The notes below the pieces were generated by a model. The model was not told where the DNA came from. It did no database searches and was given only the letters and a program-made list of their open reading frames with translations. The translations under genes were made by a program, and so were the position numbers. Below are positions 1 to 9,703 of a stretch of 64,000 nt of DNA, piece after piece. The DNA comes from a virus (lineage: Duplodnaviria > Caudoviricetes): positions 160,001 to 224,000 of the IMG/VR virus record IMGVR_UViG_3300028048_000039. The stretch is one strand, 5' to 3'. Every line of letters starts with the position of its first letter. The stretch's first letter is position 1.

Positions 1-75
1 TATTGGGAAAAAGTAGAAGAATTTGTGCTTCCAGAAGCAGTTGAAAAAGAGTTCTATAAATAAAGAAATTGAATT

Positions 76-525
76 ATGACACAAGAAGAAAAACAACTAT
101 TATTAAAGGACCTCAGTGCGAGGTTGCCTTATGGAGTTATAATGAACTATAAAGACTCTATAGTTGATTCTCATACTTGGAAACTCAGTACTCTATATGC
201 TTTGTCATATAGTAAAGCGGGAATTCCAATAGATACAGATTGGGATGGAAATGTAGAATATGTAGAGTACCAGGGATGTAGTATGTCAACTGCTTCGAGA
301 CCCATTTCTCTTGAAAAAAATCTTCCTTATCTCCGCCCAATGTCAAGTATGACAGAGGAAGAGAAAGAGGATTTTGGTGTCCCATTCACCTCGGAAGGAC
401 TTGTTACACTTGCTGACACAGTGGAGTGTATGGATTGGCTCAACAAGCATCATTTTGACTATCGTAGTTTGATTGAAAAGGGTTTGGCTCTTGAAGCACC
501 TGAAGGAATGTATAAAACTGAATAG
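76..525 (+). CDS. hypothetical phage protein, 'MTQEEKQLLLKDL...PYLRPMSSMT...HFDYR.LI' family (copy 1)
   Basis: ORF; shares N- and C-terminal blocks with 909-1322 and 4592-4924. Confidence 0.85.
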   Translation: MTQEEKQLLLKDLSARLPYGVIMNYKDSIVDSHTWKLSTLYALSYSKAGIPIDTDWDGNVEYVEYQGCSMSTASRPISLEKNLPYLRPMSSMTEEEKEDFGVPFTSEGLVTLADTVECMDWLNKHHFDYRSLIEKGLALEAPEGMYKTE

Positions 526-528
526 ACT

Positions 529-912
529 ATGACACAGGAAAATATACAGAAAATAAAAGATAAACGACGGGAAGAAAGAGAGAATTATATTGCAAAGACT
601 GTCAAGTGGCTAGAGGAGCTTAAGCCTTTTACGGAGGAGTTCATACCAGAGCCGCCGATTCTTGACAAGGAGATGTACGACAAGTATGTAATCCCTAACT
701 TTATCCGTTGCGGAGCCATTCCCAAGGACAAGTTAATCATTGGAGAGACCTACATTGGAAATTGCCGGAATGCAAGTGAAGCGGCGTGGAATGGCAAGGC
801 GTTTACTTATAAGCGCACCAAGTTCGGCTGTACATATGATGAGGATATAAACCATTTCCAGGATGATGACGGTTATGATGTTTTCGTTCCTATAAAAATT
901 AAAGAATTATGA
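529..912 (+). CDS. hypothetical phage protein
   Basis: ORF in tightly packed + strand run. Confidence 0.8.
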   Translation: MTQENIQKIKDKRREERENYIAKTVKWLEELKPFTEEFIPEPPILDKEMYDKYVIPNFIRCGAIPKDKLIIGETYIGNCRNASEAAWNGKAFTYKRTKFGCTYDEDINHFQDDDGYDVFVPIKIKEL

Positions 913-1322
913 CACAAGAAGAAAAACAACTATTATTAAAGGACCTCTGTGCGAGGTTGCCGTATGGAGTAAGAATCAATCATATAATTTATGGTTGGGA
1001 GGGGAATGCGGTAAATTTCAATAAAAAATTAGAATCTTTCGCTATTGAAAAAGATAATGGACTTTCTTATGATGTGCCTGTAGAAGAGGTGCGCCCCTAT
1101 CTCCGCCCAATGTCAAGTATGACTGATGAAGAGGTAAAAGAATTTTATGATGTGGAATGTATGGATGCAGAAGTTGGATATATTAAACCTACTTGGAATT
1201 GGCATTTTACAATAAATGGAATTGATTGGCTCAATGAACATCATTTTGACTACAGAGGTTTAATCAACAAAAGATTAGCATTAGAGGCACCTGAAGGAAT
1301 GTATGAAAGTAAGAATAATTAG
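909..1322 (+). CDS. MTQEE-family hypothetical protein (copy 2)
   Basis: paralog of 76-525; first ~58 nt nearly identical. Confidence 0.85.
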   Translation: MTQEEKQLLLKDLCARLPYGVRINHIIYGWEGNAVNFNKKLESFAIEKDNGLSYDVPVEEVRPYLRPMSSMTDEEVKEFYDVECMDAEVGYIKPTWNWHFTINGIDWLNEHHFDYRGLINKRLALEAPEGMYESKNN

Positions 1323-1469
1323 AAATATTGGTCCTATTGGCTGTGTAACTAGTCCTTCTGTTGGAACTTATACAGTAGAGAAAGAGGTTACAACAGAAGA
1401 ATTATTATCTCTATTAAATAATCCAGAAGATTTAATAAAAATAGAAATATTGTATAAAGAGGAATAAAT

Positions 1470-1892
1470 ATGTGTTTGATTTTATTTGATACCGAAATAA
1501 GAGTAGCGAAGGAAGACATTATCTGCTACAAGGTATTTGAGAAACGGGGTGATGATTTAATATCTCCTTATCAGAATATGCACTATGAATATGGCAGAGC
1601 GTATGTGACAGAAACTCCTATAATAGTAAAATACGGAGTTGCAACGAGAGGATACATAGAAGAAGGGTTTCATTCTTTTCTTAAAAAAGAAGATGCACAA
1701 TACTTTGCATCAAATCTACAGACATGGTTTCTTCCTGTCAAACCTAGTATCCTCCAAGTTGGAATGGAGTTTATAACAGTAAAGTGTTTAATTCCTGCGG
1801 GAACAAGATATGCAGCGGGGTTTTTCTGTGAATTTGGAAAGAGTTTTGATAGTTTCTGCTCAGAACGAATAATAGCGGTGGAGGAAGTTTAG
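1470..1892 (+). CDS. 'MCL..EDIxCYKV..EGFHSF..KCxIPxG' family protein (copy 1)
   Basis: conserved motifs shared by at least 7 paralogs in the window. Confidence 0.85.
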   Translation: MCLILFDTEIRVAKEDIICYKVFEKRGDDLISPYQNMHYEYGRAYVTETPIIVKYGVATRGYIEEGFHSFLKKEDAQYFASNLQTWFLPVKPSILQVGMEFITVKCLIPAGTRYAAGFFCEFGKSFDSFCSERIIAVEEV

Positions 1893-1894
1893 TT

Positions 1895-2293
1895 ATGTGT
1901 CTTAAAGTAGGAAACAATACTAAAATTGAAACAGCACAAGAAGACATCATTTGTTACAAAGTCTTCAGAACAGAAACATATTCAGGGAGATTTGGACTTC
2001 TATCACCCTATCGAAAAATGAAATATATCCCCGATGTATTGTATACCTTAGAAAAGCCTTTGGAAATAGATAGCACCACATGGTTATACCCAATTGTTGA
2101 AAAAGGATTTCATTCCTTCGTATCTAGAGAATCAGCACACATGTTTTTGGACGACTACTATGTCAGAAAACCAGCAATACTCAAATGTAAGATACCAAAA
2201 GGAGCAAAGTTTGTACGAGGAATTTTTCGGTTTTATGGATTTGATTATGAAAGTATTTGCTCAGACCAAATAATTGTGTTAGAAAGTGTATAA
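1895..2293 (+). CDS. MCL/GFHSF family protein (copy 2)
   Basis: paralog motifs. Confidence 0.85.
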   Translation: MCLKVGNNTKIETAQEDIICYKVFRTETYSGRFGLLSPYRKMKYIPDVLYTLEKPLEIDSTTWLYPIVEKGFHSFVSRESAHMFLDDYYVRKPAILKCKIPKGAKFVRGIFRFYGFDYESICSDQIIVLESV

Positions 2294-2295
2294 AT

Positions 2296-2745
2296 ATGTG
2301 TTTGACTTTAACTGAAAATTCAAAATTAAAAGTAGCAGAAGAAGATATCGTTTGCTACAAAGTGGTACTGAGACAGTATTCCGGGGTCTACAGGTCAGAA
2401 TTTTACGCTTACCTATATGAAACAGGGGTCTTAAATAAGCACCCATTTGGTGACATTACAATTACTACCCTTCCACGTATTACTACCTATCGGAGTGCTA
2501 ACTTTAACCAACAGGTTATTGCCGGCTATGAGCAGGTTGTTGAAAGGGGATTTCATTCTTTTACATGTAAAAAAGATGCTTACAAGTATGCTGGGTGTGT
2601 TATCAATAGGATGTTTCACGGTATTAGCAAAGACGTAGTAGTAGTAAAATGTATTATTCCAAAGGGTGCTAACTATATTGAAGGTACATATAGCGAGTAT
2701 CCAAATTACGTATCTAATAAAATAATTTGTTTAGGAGAAATTTAG
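2296..2745 (+). CDS. MCL/GFHSF family protein (copy 3)
   Basis: paralog motifs; start moved to the ATG at 2296 (MCLT) by family alignment. Confidence 0.85.
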   Translation: MCLTLTENSKLKVAEEDIVCYKVVLRQYSGVYRSEFYAYLYETGVLNKHPFGDITITTLPRITTYRSANFNQQVIAGYEQVVERGFHSFTCKKDAYKYAGCVINRMFHGISKDVVVVKCIIPKGANYIEGTYSEYPNYVSNKIICLGEI

Positions 2746-2746
2746 T

Positions 2747-3199
2747 ATGTGTTTGTATGTAACGAGTAAAAAAGTACGGGTAGCAAAGGAAGATATGGTT
2801 TGCTATAAAGTTATGATGGAACATTATGGAGACAAAGGAGCGTGGGTGTCTCCTTATCAGGGTATGGCTTATAAGGAAGGATGCGCCTATGAATTGGAGA
2901 AGCAATTGCAATTGTTGGATTCCAAATTTGGAAACATCAAAGATTATCCTTACATAGTAGAAGAAGGGTTCCATTCTTTTGCAAACTTATCAGATGCTTT
3001 GCTTTTTCGAAATACCTGTGAAGTCAGGTATCCAACTGTGAGCCGGGGTGACGGTTGGCACACTTATATTATAGTAAAATGTATTATTCCTAAAGGGACA
3101 ACCTATGTAGAAGGATTATACGTTGATAATTGGGATAATAAGTTTCATAGTTTTTGCTCCGAGAAAATAATTTGTGAAGACGAAATTGAAATTGAGTAA
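2747..3199 (+). CDS. MCL/GFHSF family protein (copy 4)
   Basis: paralog motifs. Confidence 0.85.
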   Translation: MCLYVTSKKVRVAKEDMVCYKVMMEHYGDKGAWVSPYQGMAYKEGCAYELEKQLQLLDSKFGNIKDYPYIVEEGFHSFANLSDALLFRNTCEVRYPTVSRGDGWHTYIIVKCIIPKGTTYVEGLYVDNWDNKFHSFCSEKIICEDEIEIE

Positions 3200-3211
3200 T
3201 TAGGATAGAAT

Positions 3212-3613
3212 ATGTGTTTAATTGTAAATAGTGAACTAAAAGTAGCACAAGAAGATATAGTCTGCTACAAAGTCCTTAGGTATTGCGAGCCATTGAAATC
3301 ACCGTTTCGAGGAATGGCTTATCTTAAAAATCATCTCTATGAATTGGGGAAACCGTTGCAAGTGGATAGTCACCATCGTATAAATGAGGGTTTTCATTCC
3401 ATTATCAGAGCCGATGATGCTAAGAAACTATCAGATGATATAGGCTATTTTTACGAGCATTATTCCGAAAACAAACATTGCTGTATTGTAGCAAAGTGTA
3501 TAATACCAAAAGGAACTGTCTATGCGGAAGGACTGTTCAGTTATGGGAATAAGTATCACAGTTATTGCTCGGAAAAGATAAAAGTAATTGATATTGTAGA
3601 AGACGATAAATAA
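3212..3613 (+). CDS. MCL/GFHSF family protein (copy 5)
   Basis: paralog motifs. Confidence 0.85.
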   Translation: MCLIVNSELKVAQEDIVCYKVLRYCEPLKSPFRGMAYLKNHLYELGKPLQVDSHHRINEGFHSIIRADDAKKLSDDIGYFYEHYSENKHCCIVAKCIIPKGTVYAEGLFSYGNKYHSYCSEKIKVIDIVEDDK

Positions 3614-3671
3614 TTTGCGTAAAAGAGGTTTAGTATGTGTTTGGATGTAATAAGTAAAGAATAAATGACTA

Positions 3672-4181
3672 ATGAAAACTACTAAGAATATGAAATATAA
3701 AGAATTTGTAAAGCAGATATGGGATGCTGTGGAAGAGTGTCCTGATAACTGGAGAAAAGGCCAAAAGGTGTTTAATGTGATGGAAACACTCTATGGGGAT
3801 GTGGCGAGACAAGTTCAATTCATCAACAAGGTGGATTGCTTCTATGATGATAAGCAAATAGAACCATTCATCGACCAGTGCTGGATAAGGGTTTTCTCTA
3901 AAGAACATCCAATTCCGCCAAGAGAAGAAGAGTCAGTGGATTTTGATGAAGCAGCAGCCAAGTACATAGAATCTCAAACTCCTGCTGACCAAGGGGAAGA
4001 AATGACTATCTATAATGCTTTCAAAGCAGGTGCAGAGTGGCATGCTCGGCAAGGACAGATATTTGAGTCTGTCGTATGGCAAGATAGTGATGACAAACTT
4101 TTTGTTGAAGCATTTGTTGATGAAAACAAGTTCAAAATGGCTGATGGTGTAGTCATCCAAGTTATAAGAAAGACAATATGA
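3672..4181 (+). CDS. hypothetical phage protein
   Basis: ORF; 'AFKAGAEW' block also seen in 8325-9161. Confidence 0.75.
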   Translation: MKTTKNMKYKEFVKQIWDAVEECPDNWRKGQKVFNVMETLYGDVARQVQFINKVDCFYDDKQIEPFIDQCWIRVFSKEHPIPPREEESVDFDEAAAKYIESQTPADQGEEMTIYNAFKAGAEWHARQGQIFESVVWQDSDDKLFVEAFVDENKFKMADGVVIQVIRKTI

Positions 4182-4233
4182 GGAAACCAAATTTTGAAAG
4201 GGAAGCAATAGCGTTTTGTTTTTTTTAAAAAAG

Positions 4234-4248
4234 TTTTGTATATTTGCA
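4234..4248 (+). promoter_or_regulatory. Bacteroidota sigmaA-type promoter (-7 box TAnnTTTG)
   Basis: TTTTGTATATTTGC; similar elements at ~10567, 14008, 14635, 16804, 20348, 25046 (+) and ~13943, 31045, 38503 (-). Confidence 0.7.
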
Positions 4249-4591
4249 ATGTTGAAAAATTAACTAACATTTTATATTAACTTTTAAATTTTTAAAATAT
4301 GAGTTGGAATTTTTACCCAGAAAATAGGTTTTCATCTTATGATGATTATGTAAAGTATCTTAAAGAAAGGGGCTTTGCCATGGAAGCACCAGAAGGGATG
4401 TATGAAAAAGGAAGTAAGATATGAATATAGAAGATATATGGAACATTGATAATCTTTACCGAATGAACAGAACAACAAAAGAGGCATCTGATGAATTAAA
4501 ACTTCCAGAATCTGATGTTATTGCTGTTTATTTGAAAATAAGAGAACATGAGAAGAATTTAAGAAAAAGACCATTGTATAAAATATAAATT

Positions 4592-4924
4592 ATGACACAA
4601 GAAGAAAGACAACTACTACTAAAAGACCTCTGTGCAAGAATTCCTTATGAGGTTCAATGCGAAATTGGTGGGCTTCGATATGGACCATATACATTTACGG
4701 GTGATGATATTGAAGACTTAATTGCTGGGAGAATGTTCAAACCCTATCTTCGTCCAATGTCAAGTATGACTGAGGAAGAAGAAATATACTATAACACGAT
4801 ATATATTACTCTGAAATTTTATGAAAGGGAAGATTGGCTCAATGCTCATCACTTTGACTATCGTGGACTCATTGAAAAGGGTCTCGCCATTGAAGCACCT
4901 GAAGATATGTATAAGGAGGAATAA
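4592..4924 (+). CDS. MTQEE-family hypothetical protein (copy 3)
   Basis: paralog of 76-525. Confidence 0.85.
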   Translation: MTQEERQLLLKDLCARIPYEVQCEIGGLRYGPYTFTGDDIEDLIAGRMFKPYLRPMSSMTEEEEIYYNTIYITLKFYEREDWLNAHHFDYRGLIEKGLAIEAPEDMYKEE

Positions 4925-4926
4925 TT

Positions 4927-5373
4927 ATGTGTTTAGCATTACAAAAACCAGAGATTATTGTAGCAAAAGAAGATATAGTTTGCTATAAAGTTATGATTGA
5001 ATATCCTAGAAACAACGGTATATGGACATCTCCTTATATGGGTATGGCTTATAGGGAAGGACATTCATATGAATTAGGGAAGAAATTGAATTTGTTGGAT
5101 TCTTCTAAAACCATCAAAGAATACCGTTATAGGGTAGAAGAAGGTTTCCATTCTTTTACAAGTTTGTCAGAGGCTTTGTTTTTTCTAAATGCTTTTGAAG
5201 CAAGGTATCCATGCCTAAATCGGTGCTCGGATGCTAGTCGGTATGTTGTAGTGAAATGTATCATTCCTAAAGGGACCACCTATGCAGAAGGATTATTCTT
5301 TGATTGGGGTAATAAGTTTCTTAGTTTTTGTTCCGAGAAAATAATTTGTGAAGGTAAAATCGAAAATGAATAG
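4927..5373 (+). CDS. MCL/GFHSF family protein (copy 6)
   Basis: closest to 2747-3199. Confidence 0.85.
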   Translation: MCLALQKPEIIVAKEDIVCYKVMIEYPRNNGIWTSPYMGMAYREGHSYELGKKLNLLDSSKTIKEYRYRVEEGFHSFTSLSEALFFLNAFEARYPCLNRCSDASRYVVVKCIIPKGTTYAEGLFFDWGNKFLSFCSEKIICEGKIENE

Positions 5374-5543
5374 TTATGACCGCAAAAGATATTCAGATTA
5401 TAGACAGTCTTCTCACAGAAGTATCCAACTCTATTGCAGTAGGAGAGCTTGAAGAAATGGAGATAGGAGAATACTATCAGGAAGTGTTGAGGAGGTATAA
5501 CGAAATTAAAAAAGTACAAGAATAATTATTTTGATATGGTGAT

Positions 5544-7556
5544 ATGACAAGAGAAGAATCAATAAAAATTGTAAAAGAGTTCATAAATGGCACATGCCTT
5601 CATCTGGTGGACCAAGAGGCTCTTAAAACCCTTATTCCTGAACTCAAAGAGAGTAAGGGCGAGATACACGAGTGGATTTTAGAATACCTCTATGATGGCT
5701 TGCGGAAATCCGATGAGCAGTTCAAAGGACAGTTCAAGTCAGCAATAGATTGGCTCGAAAATCTAGGTAATATGGATATAGAAACTTATAAAAATGCAGA
5801 AAAAGAAAAATCTGATTTTGTTGGAGATGGTTTTATTAAATGTTATGCTAACTTTTTAGATTTCAAAGAAGGAGAAACTTATTGGCTTGAATATGTTGGC
5901 AAAGATAATTACAATGTAAGAAGTGACAATCTTCTTGGGAAAACATATCATATAACACCATACCAACTTTACCGTTTGTTTACTCAAGAACATTGTCCAA
6001 AAGAAGATAGTGCGAGTGAGGGAACAAATGCACCAACAGGATATGGTAAATATGTTGATGAATGTCTTAATAAAGCATCTAAACATTTCTTTTCAGAGGG
6101 AGAAGATAAGTATAGTGTCGCAGATTTGTTTTATGCTGGTGTAAGATGTGGAAAGTCTTGGCTTGAGAAGCAAGGTGAGCAGGAACTGAAGGATAAGTCT
6201 AAATTCAAAGAGAATAGTGAGTATGAGAGGGTAAGAAAGGCAATCGTTACACTTATCAAAGACCTTCAACACTACTCTACAAACTACGCTGGTGTTGACC
6301 CCGCAGATATGCTTGCTTGGCTTGAAAACCATAATCCGTCATTCAAGCAAATTAGTGATGGTATCAAATGGGATAGCGGACTCAGGACTGGTATTGAACT
6401 CGGAAAGAAAGAGCAGAAGCCAAGCATCAATATAGACCAATTGAAATCCATGATGCTCCAATACCTCCAAGAAGCAGCCAATGAAAAGGATGATTCGGCT
6501 ATAGAAGCGGATACTGATAAGTGGGCAAGAATGATACTTAGATATGACTTCGAGCAGAAACCCTCAGAGTGGGAATGGCCTAACCTATCAAACTGTATTA
6601 GGAACTGTAAGAAGTGCCACGGGAAATGTTTATATCGTAAAGAACCATATGAAGAGAAGCAGCCATTAGAGTGGAGCGAGGAGGATGTAAAAAGAATAAA
6701 GCAACTTATTTACGACACAGAAGCCATTCGTGCTGGATATGAAAGGAAAAAGGAGCAATTGGGTGAGTGCTTCAACGAATCGTTAATTAAAGATTGTGAC
6801 GAACAAGTTGCTTGGCTCAAATCCCTCAAAGATAGAGGGAATTTCCCAAAAAGTAACACTAATTCCCCAAGTGAGTGGAGTGAGGAAGATAAGCACAGAT
6901 GTAAGGATGCTATCTATTTTCTTGAAACAGCAAAAAAGCATTATGCTAGTACTTCAGAAATTGAACTCACTATTGAGTGGTTAAAATCTCTTCAACCGCA
7001 AGCAAGGCAGGAACAGAAAGAACAGACTACTTTAGAGTATCTTCCAAAGGAAAAAATTAATGACATTATATCTAAACTGACCAATCTTTCCTTTAGAAAA
7101 CTTATTCCATACAATAGTAAAGAATATAAAAAGATAAAGGAGATTAGAACTAATGTCCGTGACCTTCTTGACTATCCTATTGAACAGAAACCAGTAGAGT
7201 GGAGCGAGGAAGATGAGAAAATGCGAACAAAAATTCTTGAAGCTCTCGATGCTTATGCTGACCATGTGCAATATACGGGTTTTTGGGTTAATTCAGAACT
7301 TATACGAAAAGAACTAATGGGTTGGCTTAAATCCCTCCATCCCCAGCCCCATACTGTGAGTATAAAAAATGCCAATAAGTTTGCAGAACTTGAATATGAG
7401 CGTGGTGTAAAAGACGGATTAAATCACCATTGGAAACCCAGCGAGGAGCAGATGCAGGCGTTGAGCGAAACTATTGCAGTTACAGTTGACACATTTCCGC
7501 CAAAGTGTACACTCATAACATTACGAGATGATTTGAATAAACTGATGGAGGAATAA
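5544..7556 (+). CDS. mosaic protein with repeated 'EWSEED...WLKSL' modules
   Basis: 670 aa ORF with internal repeats; related to 34073-34927. Confidence 0.8.
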   Translation: MTREESIKIVKEFINGTCLHLVDQEALKTLIPELKESKGEIHEWILEYLYDGLRKSDEQFKGQFKSAIDWLENLGNMDIETYKNAEKEKSDFVGDGFIKCYANFLDFKEGETYWLEYVGKDNYNVRSDNLLGKTYHITPYQLYRLFTQEHCPKEDSASEGTNAPTGYGKYVDECLNKASKHFFSEGEDKYSVADLFYAGVRCGKSWLEKQGEQELKDKSKFKENSEYERVRKAIVTLIKDLQHYSTNYAGVDPADMLAWLENHNPSFKQISDGIKWDSGLRTGIELGKKEQKPSINIDQLKSMMLQYLQEAANEKDDSAIEADTDKWARMILRYDFEQKPSEWEWPNLSNCIRNCKKCHGKCLYRKEPYEEKQPLEWSEEDVKRIKQLIYDTEAIRAGYERKKEQLGECFNESLIKDCDEQVAWLKSLKDRGNFPKSNTNSPSEWSEEDKHRCKDAIYFLETAKKHYASTSEIELTIEWLKSLQPQARQEQKEQTTLEYLPKEKINDIISKLTNLSFRKLIPYNSKEYKKIKEIRTNVRDLLDYPIEQKPVEWSEEDEKMRTKILEALDAYADHVQYTGFWVNSELIRKELMGWLKSLHPQPHTVSIKNANKFAELEYERGVKDGLNHHWKPSEEQMQALSETIAVTVDTFPPKCTLITLRDDLNKLMEE

Positions 7557-7557
7557 T

Positions 7558-7746
7558 ATGAAAATGGCATTAGCAAAAAGAACTGTGGATGGAGTTTGTA
7601 GAGAAGGATTTGCATATAGTTTTAAGATAGACCCTACAACTCTATCAATAATAGTTCCAGCAGATAATGGTAGGGATGCTGTTTTTTTTAATTGGTTTGC
7701 AGATAGAGAAGAATTTAATAAAGTATTTGAAATAATTGAATTATAA
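7558..7746 (+). CDS. hypothetical protein
   Basis: short ORF packed 1 nt after upstream stop. Confidence 0.6.
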   Translation: MKMALAKRTVDGVCREGFAYSFKIDPTTLSIIVPADNGRDAVFFNWFADREEFNKVFEIIEL

Positions 7747-7918
7747 TAGATGTTTACGAAATAAGATACATGCCAGAGAAAGACTGTAGGTATTGTGGTA
7801 AATCTGCCTGCAATTTGAAGCCAAAACACAGGAACTTGAACAAGTGTAAATGCTGTCAATATGGATGGTGGAGGTAACCTCTGTACCAAGTAGAAATAAT
7901 TGCAAAAAATTTATATCT

Positions 7919-8392
7919 ATGAAGATGCTAATAAACAAAGCAAATCCTGCAATCAGGATAACTGCACCAGAGATAGAGGAAGATAAGACCTGTTATTATG
8001 TCGCAGAACTTGCTATTGGTAAGTATAACTGGACTCTTGTTGAGGAAGAAGAAAATATTGATAATATGCCTATTTATTTCAAAATTCCAATAACTACAAG
8101 ATACAGTGATGATTTGTCTTACTTCGATATGAAATTTACTCATGTTGTGAAAACAAATAAATTTTGTGAAAGGGATATTTATGGGGATGAATGCTGTTGT
8201 TATTATGTATCTTCTATATATAAAGCGGTAAAAGATAAAGTTTGGCTTTTTAGCGAACTTGCAGAATGTGGATATGTACCAACTATAGAAGATTTTATAA
8301 GAGGATTATTTAAAGAAATGAAAGATGAAAACGCTGATAAACAAAGCAAATCCTGCAATCAGGATAACCGCACCAGAGATAGAGTCTTATAG
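7919..8392 (+). CDS. hypothetical protein with 'LINKANPAIRITAPEIE' N-terminal module
   Basis: start set at ATG 7919 by identity with the N-terminus of 8325-9161. Confidence 0.7.
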   Translation: MKMLINKANPAIRITAPEIEEDKTCYYVAELAIGKYNWTLVEEEENIDNMPIYFKIPITTRYSDDLSYFDMKFTHVVKTNKFCERDIYGDECCCYYVSSIYKAVKDKVWLFSELAECGYVPTIEDFIRGLFKEMKDENADKQSKSCNQDNRTRDRVL

Positions 8393-9161
8393 AAAGTTTT
8401 ATACTTTACCAGATAAAGACTTTCATCATTTATTCAAAATGGAAACTTGGACTCTCGTTGAGGAAGAGCCAGAAATGACAAAGTACTTGAGATTTGGAGA
8501 CATTCCAGAAAACGGAAAATCAAAAATATGGAGAGGAGAAGAATGTGTTGGTGAGGAAGAAGGGGTTTCTGTATATGAAATAAGATTGGATAAAGACAAA
8601 CATATCTCTATATGTCTTCCGTTCCCTTTTCATAGAGATACATTAGACACACTATGTGTTTTGACTAAATATGATAATCGTCCTTGCTATACTGTTACAG
8701 GAGAATATGTCGGCAAAGGAACTGATGGCGAACCTCTTATCAGTAATGTACAAATAGAGGAAGAATTTCCTAAAATAATTTCTGATGAAAAGATGAAACA
8801 AATGGGAGAAGAAATTTCCAAAGCGGCAGTTGATAACATTAGAGAGCGGTTCAATAAGATAGTTGAACCTGAACTAGTTGACTTAGAGAAAGCGGCAGAA
8901 GAATATGCAGACAAGCACGGATTTAGAGTTCCTTATGATGGTTCTAACAACTTCTACGATGATGTAGATGTTAAAGCATCTTTAGAAGGTTTCAAGGCAG
9001 GCGCCAGGTGGATGGAGGAACAAGGAGAATCAAATAATTGGAAACCAACCAAAGAGCAGATAGAATATCTTTCAAAAGCAATCTTAACTCTTGGAGAAGA
9101 AGGGGATGGCAAGACTACTGCCGTATTAAATGGGTTAAGAAAAGATTTGAAAAATTTATAA
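8325..9161 (+). CDS. mosaic hypothetical protein
   Basis: ORF; duplicated N-terminal module; C-terminal 'WKPTKEQ' block resembles end of 5544-7556. Confidence 0.8.
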   Translation: MKTLINKANPAIRITAPEIESYRKFYTLPDKDFHHLFKMETWTLVEEEPEMTKYLRFGDIPENGKSKIWRGEECVGEEEGVSVYEIRLDKDKHISICLPFPFHRDTLDTLCVLTKYDNRPCYTVTGEYVGKGTDGEPLISNVQIEEEFPKIISDEKMKQMGEEISKAAVDNIRERFNKIVEPELVDLEKAAEEYADKHGFRVPYDGSNNFYDDVDVKASLEGFKAGARWMEEQGESNNWKPTKEQIEYLSKAILTLGEEGDGKTTAVLNGLRKDLKNL

Positions 9162-9173
9162 GGAGATTGAGTT

Positions 9174-9371
9174 ATGACACGCAAAGAAGAAATCCAATTT
9201 AATGACGGTGTTTGGTTCGCTATCCAAACTATTGTTGTGGATTATGATGAGCCTACTATTGCGAGACACATCTTGTCTGAGCTAAAAATAGATAAAAAGG
9301 AAATGCGTAGATGCCAGAAAAAGTCAGGCTATTTAGATGAGATAATGAGGGAGTTTATTAATAACTGTTAG
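9174..9371 (+). CDS. hypothetical protein
   Basis: ORF. Confidence 0.65.
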   Translation: MTRKEEIQFNDGVWFAIQTIVVDYDEPTIARHILSELKIDKKEMRRCQKKSGYLDEIMREFINNC

Positions 9372-9421
9372 ACACTATGACAATGAGTTAATAAAAGATT
9401 TGAAGAAACTATAACAAAGAA

Positions 9422-9700
9422 ATGAAATTCAAACAGATAAGCAAAACATTTAGCGATGAAACGGCTTCCTTTGCCGTAAGTGACTACAAAGCCACCACGA
9501 TTGGTGAATTCGTGGATGAAGTCTTGAAGGAGAACCCAAAAGAATGGGGGAAGATAGAGGTGGTAGGCGGGTATGAGTGTGAATATAGATATGGCGAACT
9601 CCTATCCGAACTACCAGAAATGATAATGGGAAGGCATATCTCCGAAATAAAAGGACACGGAGGTTGGGGTATGATGAATTATATAATCTACTGTAAATAA
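9422..9700 (+). CDS. hypothetical protein
   Basis: ORF. Confidence 0.7.
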   Translation: MKFKQISKTFSDETASFAVSDYKATTIGEFVDEVLKENPKEWGKIEVVGGYECEYRYGELLSELPEMIMGRHISEIKGHGGWGMMNYIIYCK

Positions 9701-9703
9701 GTT

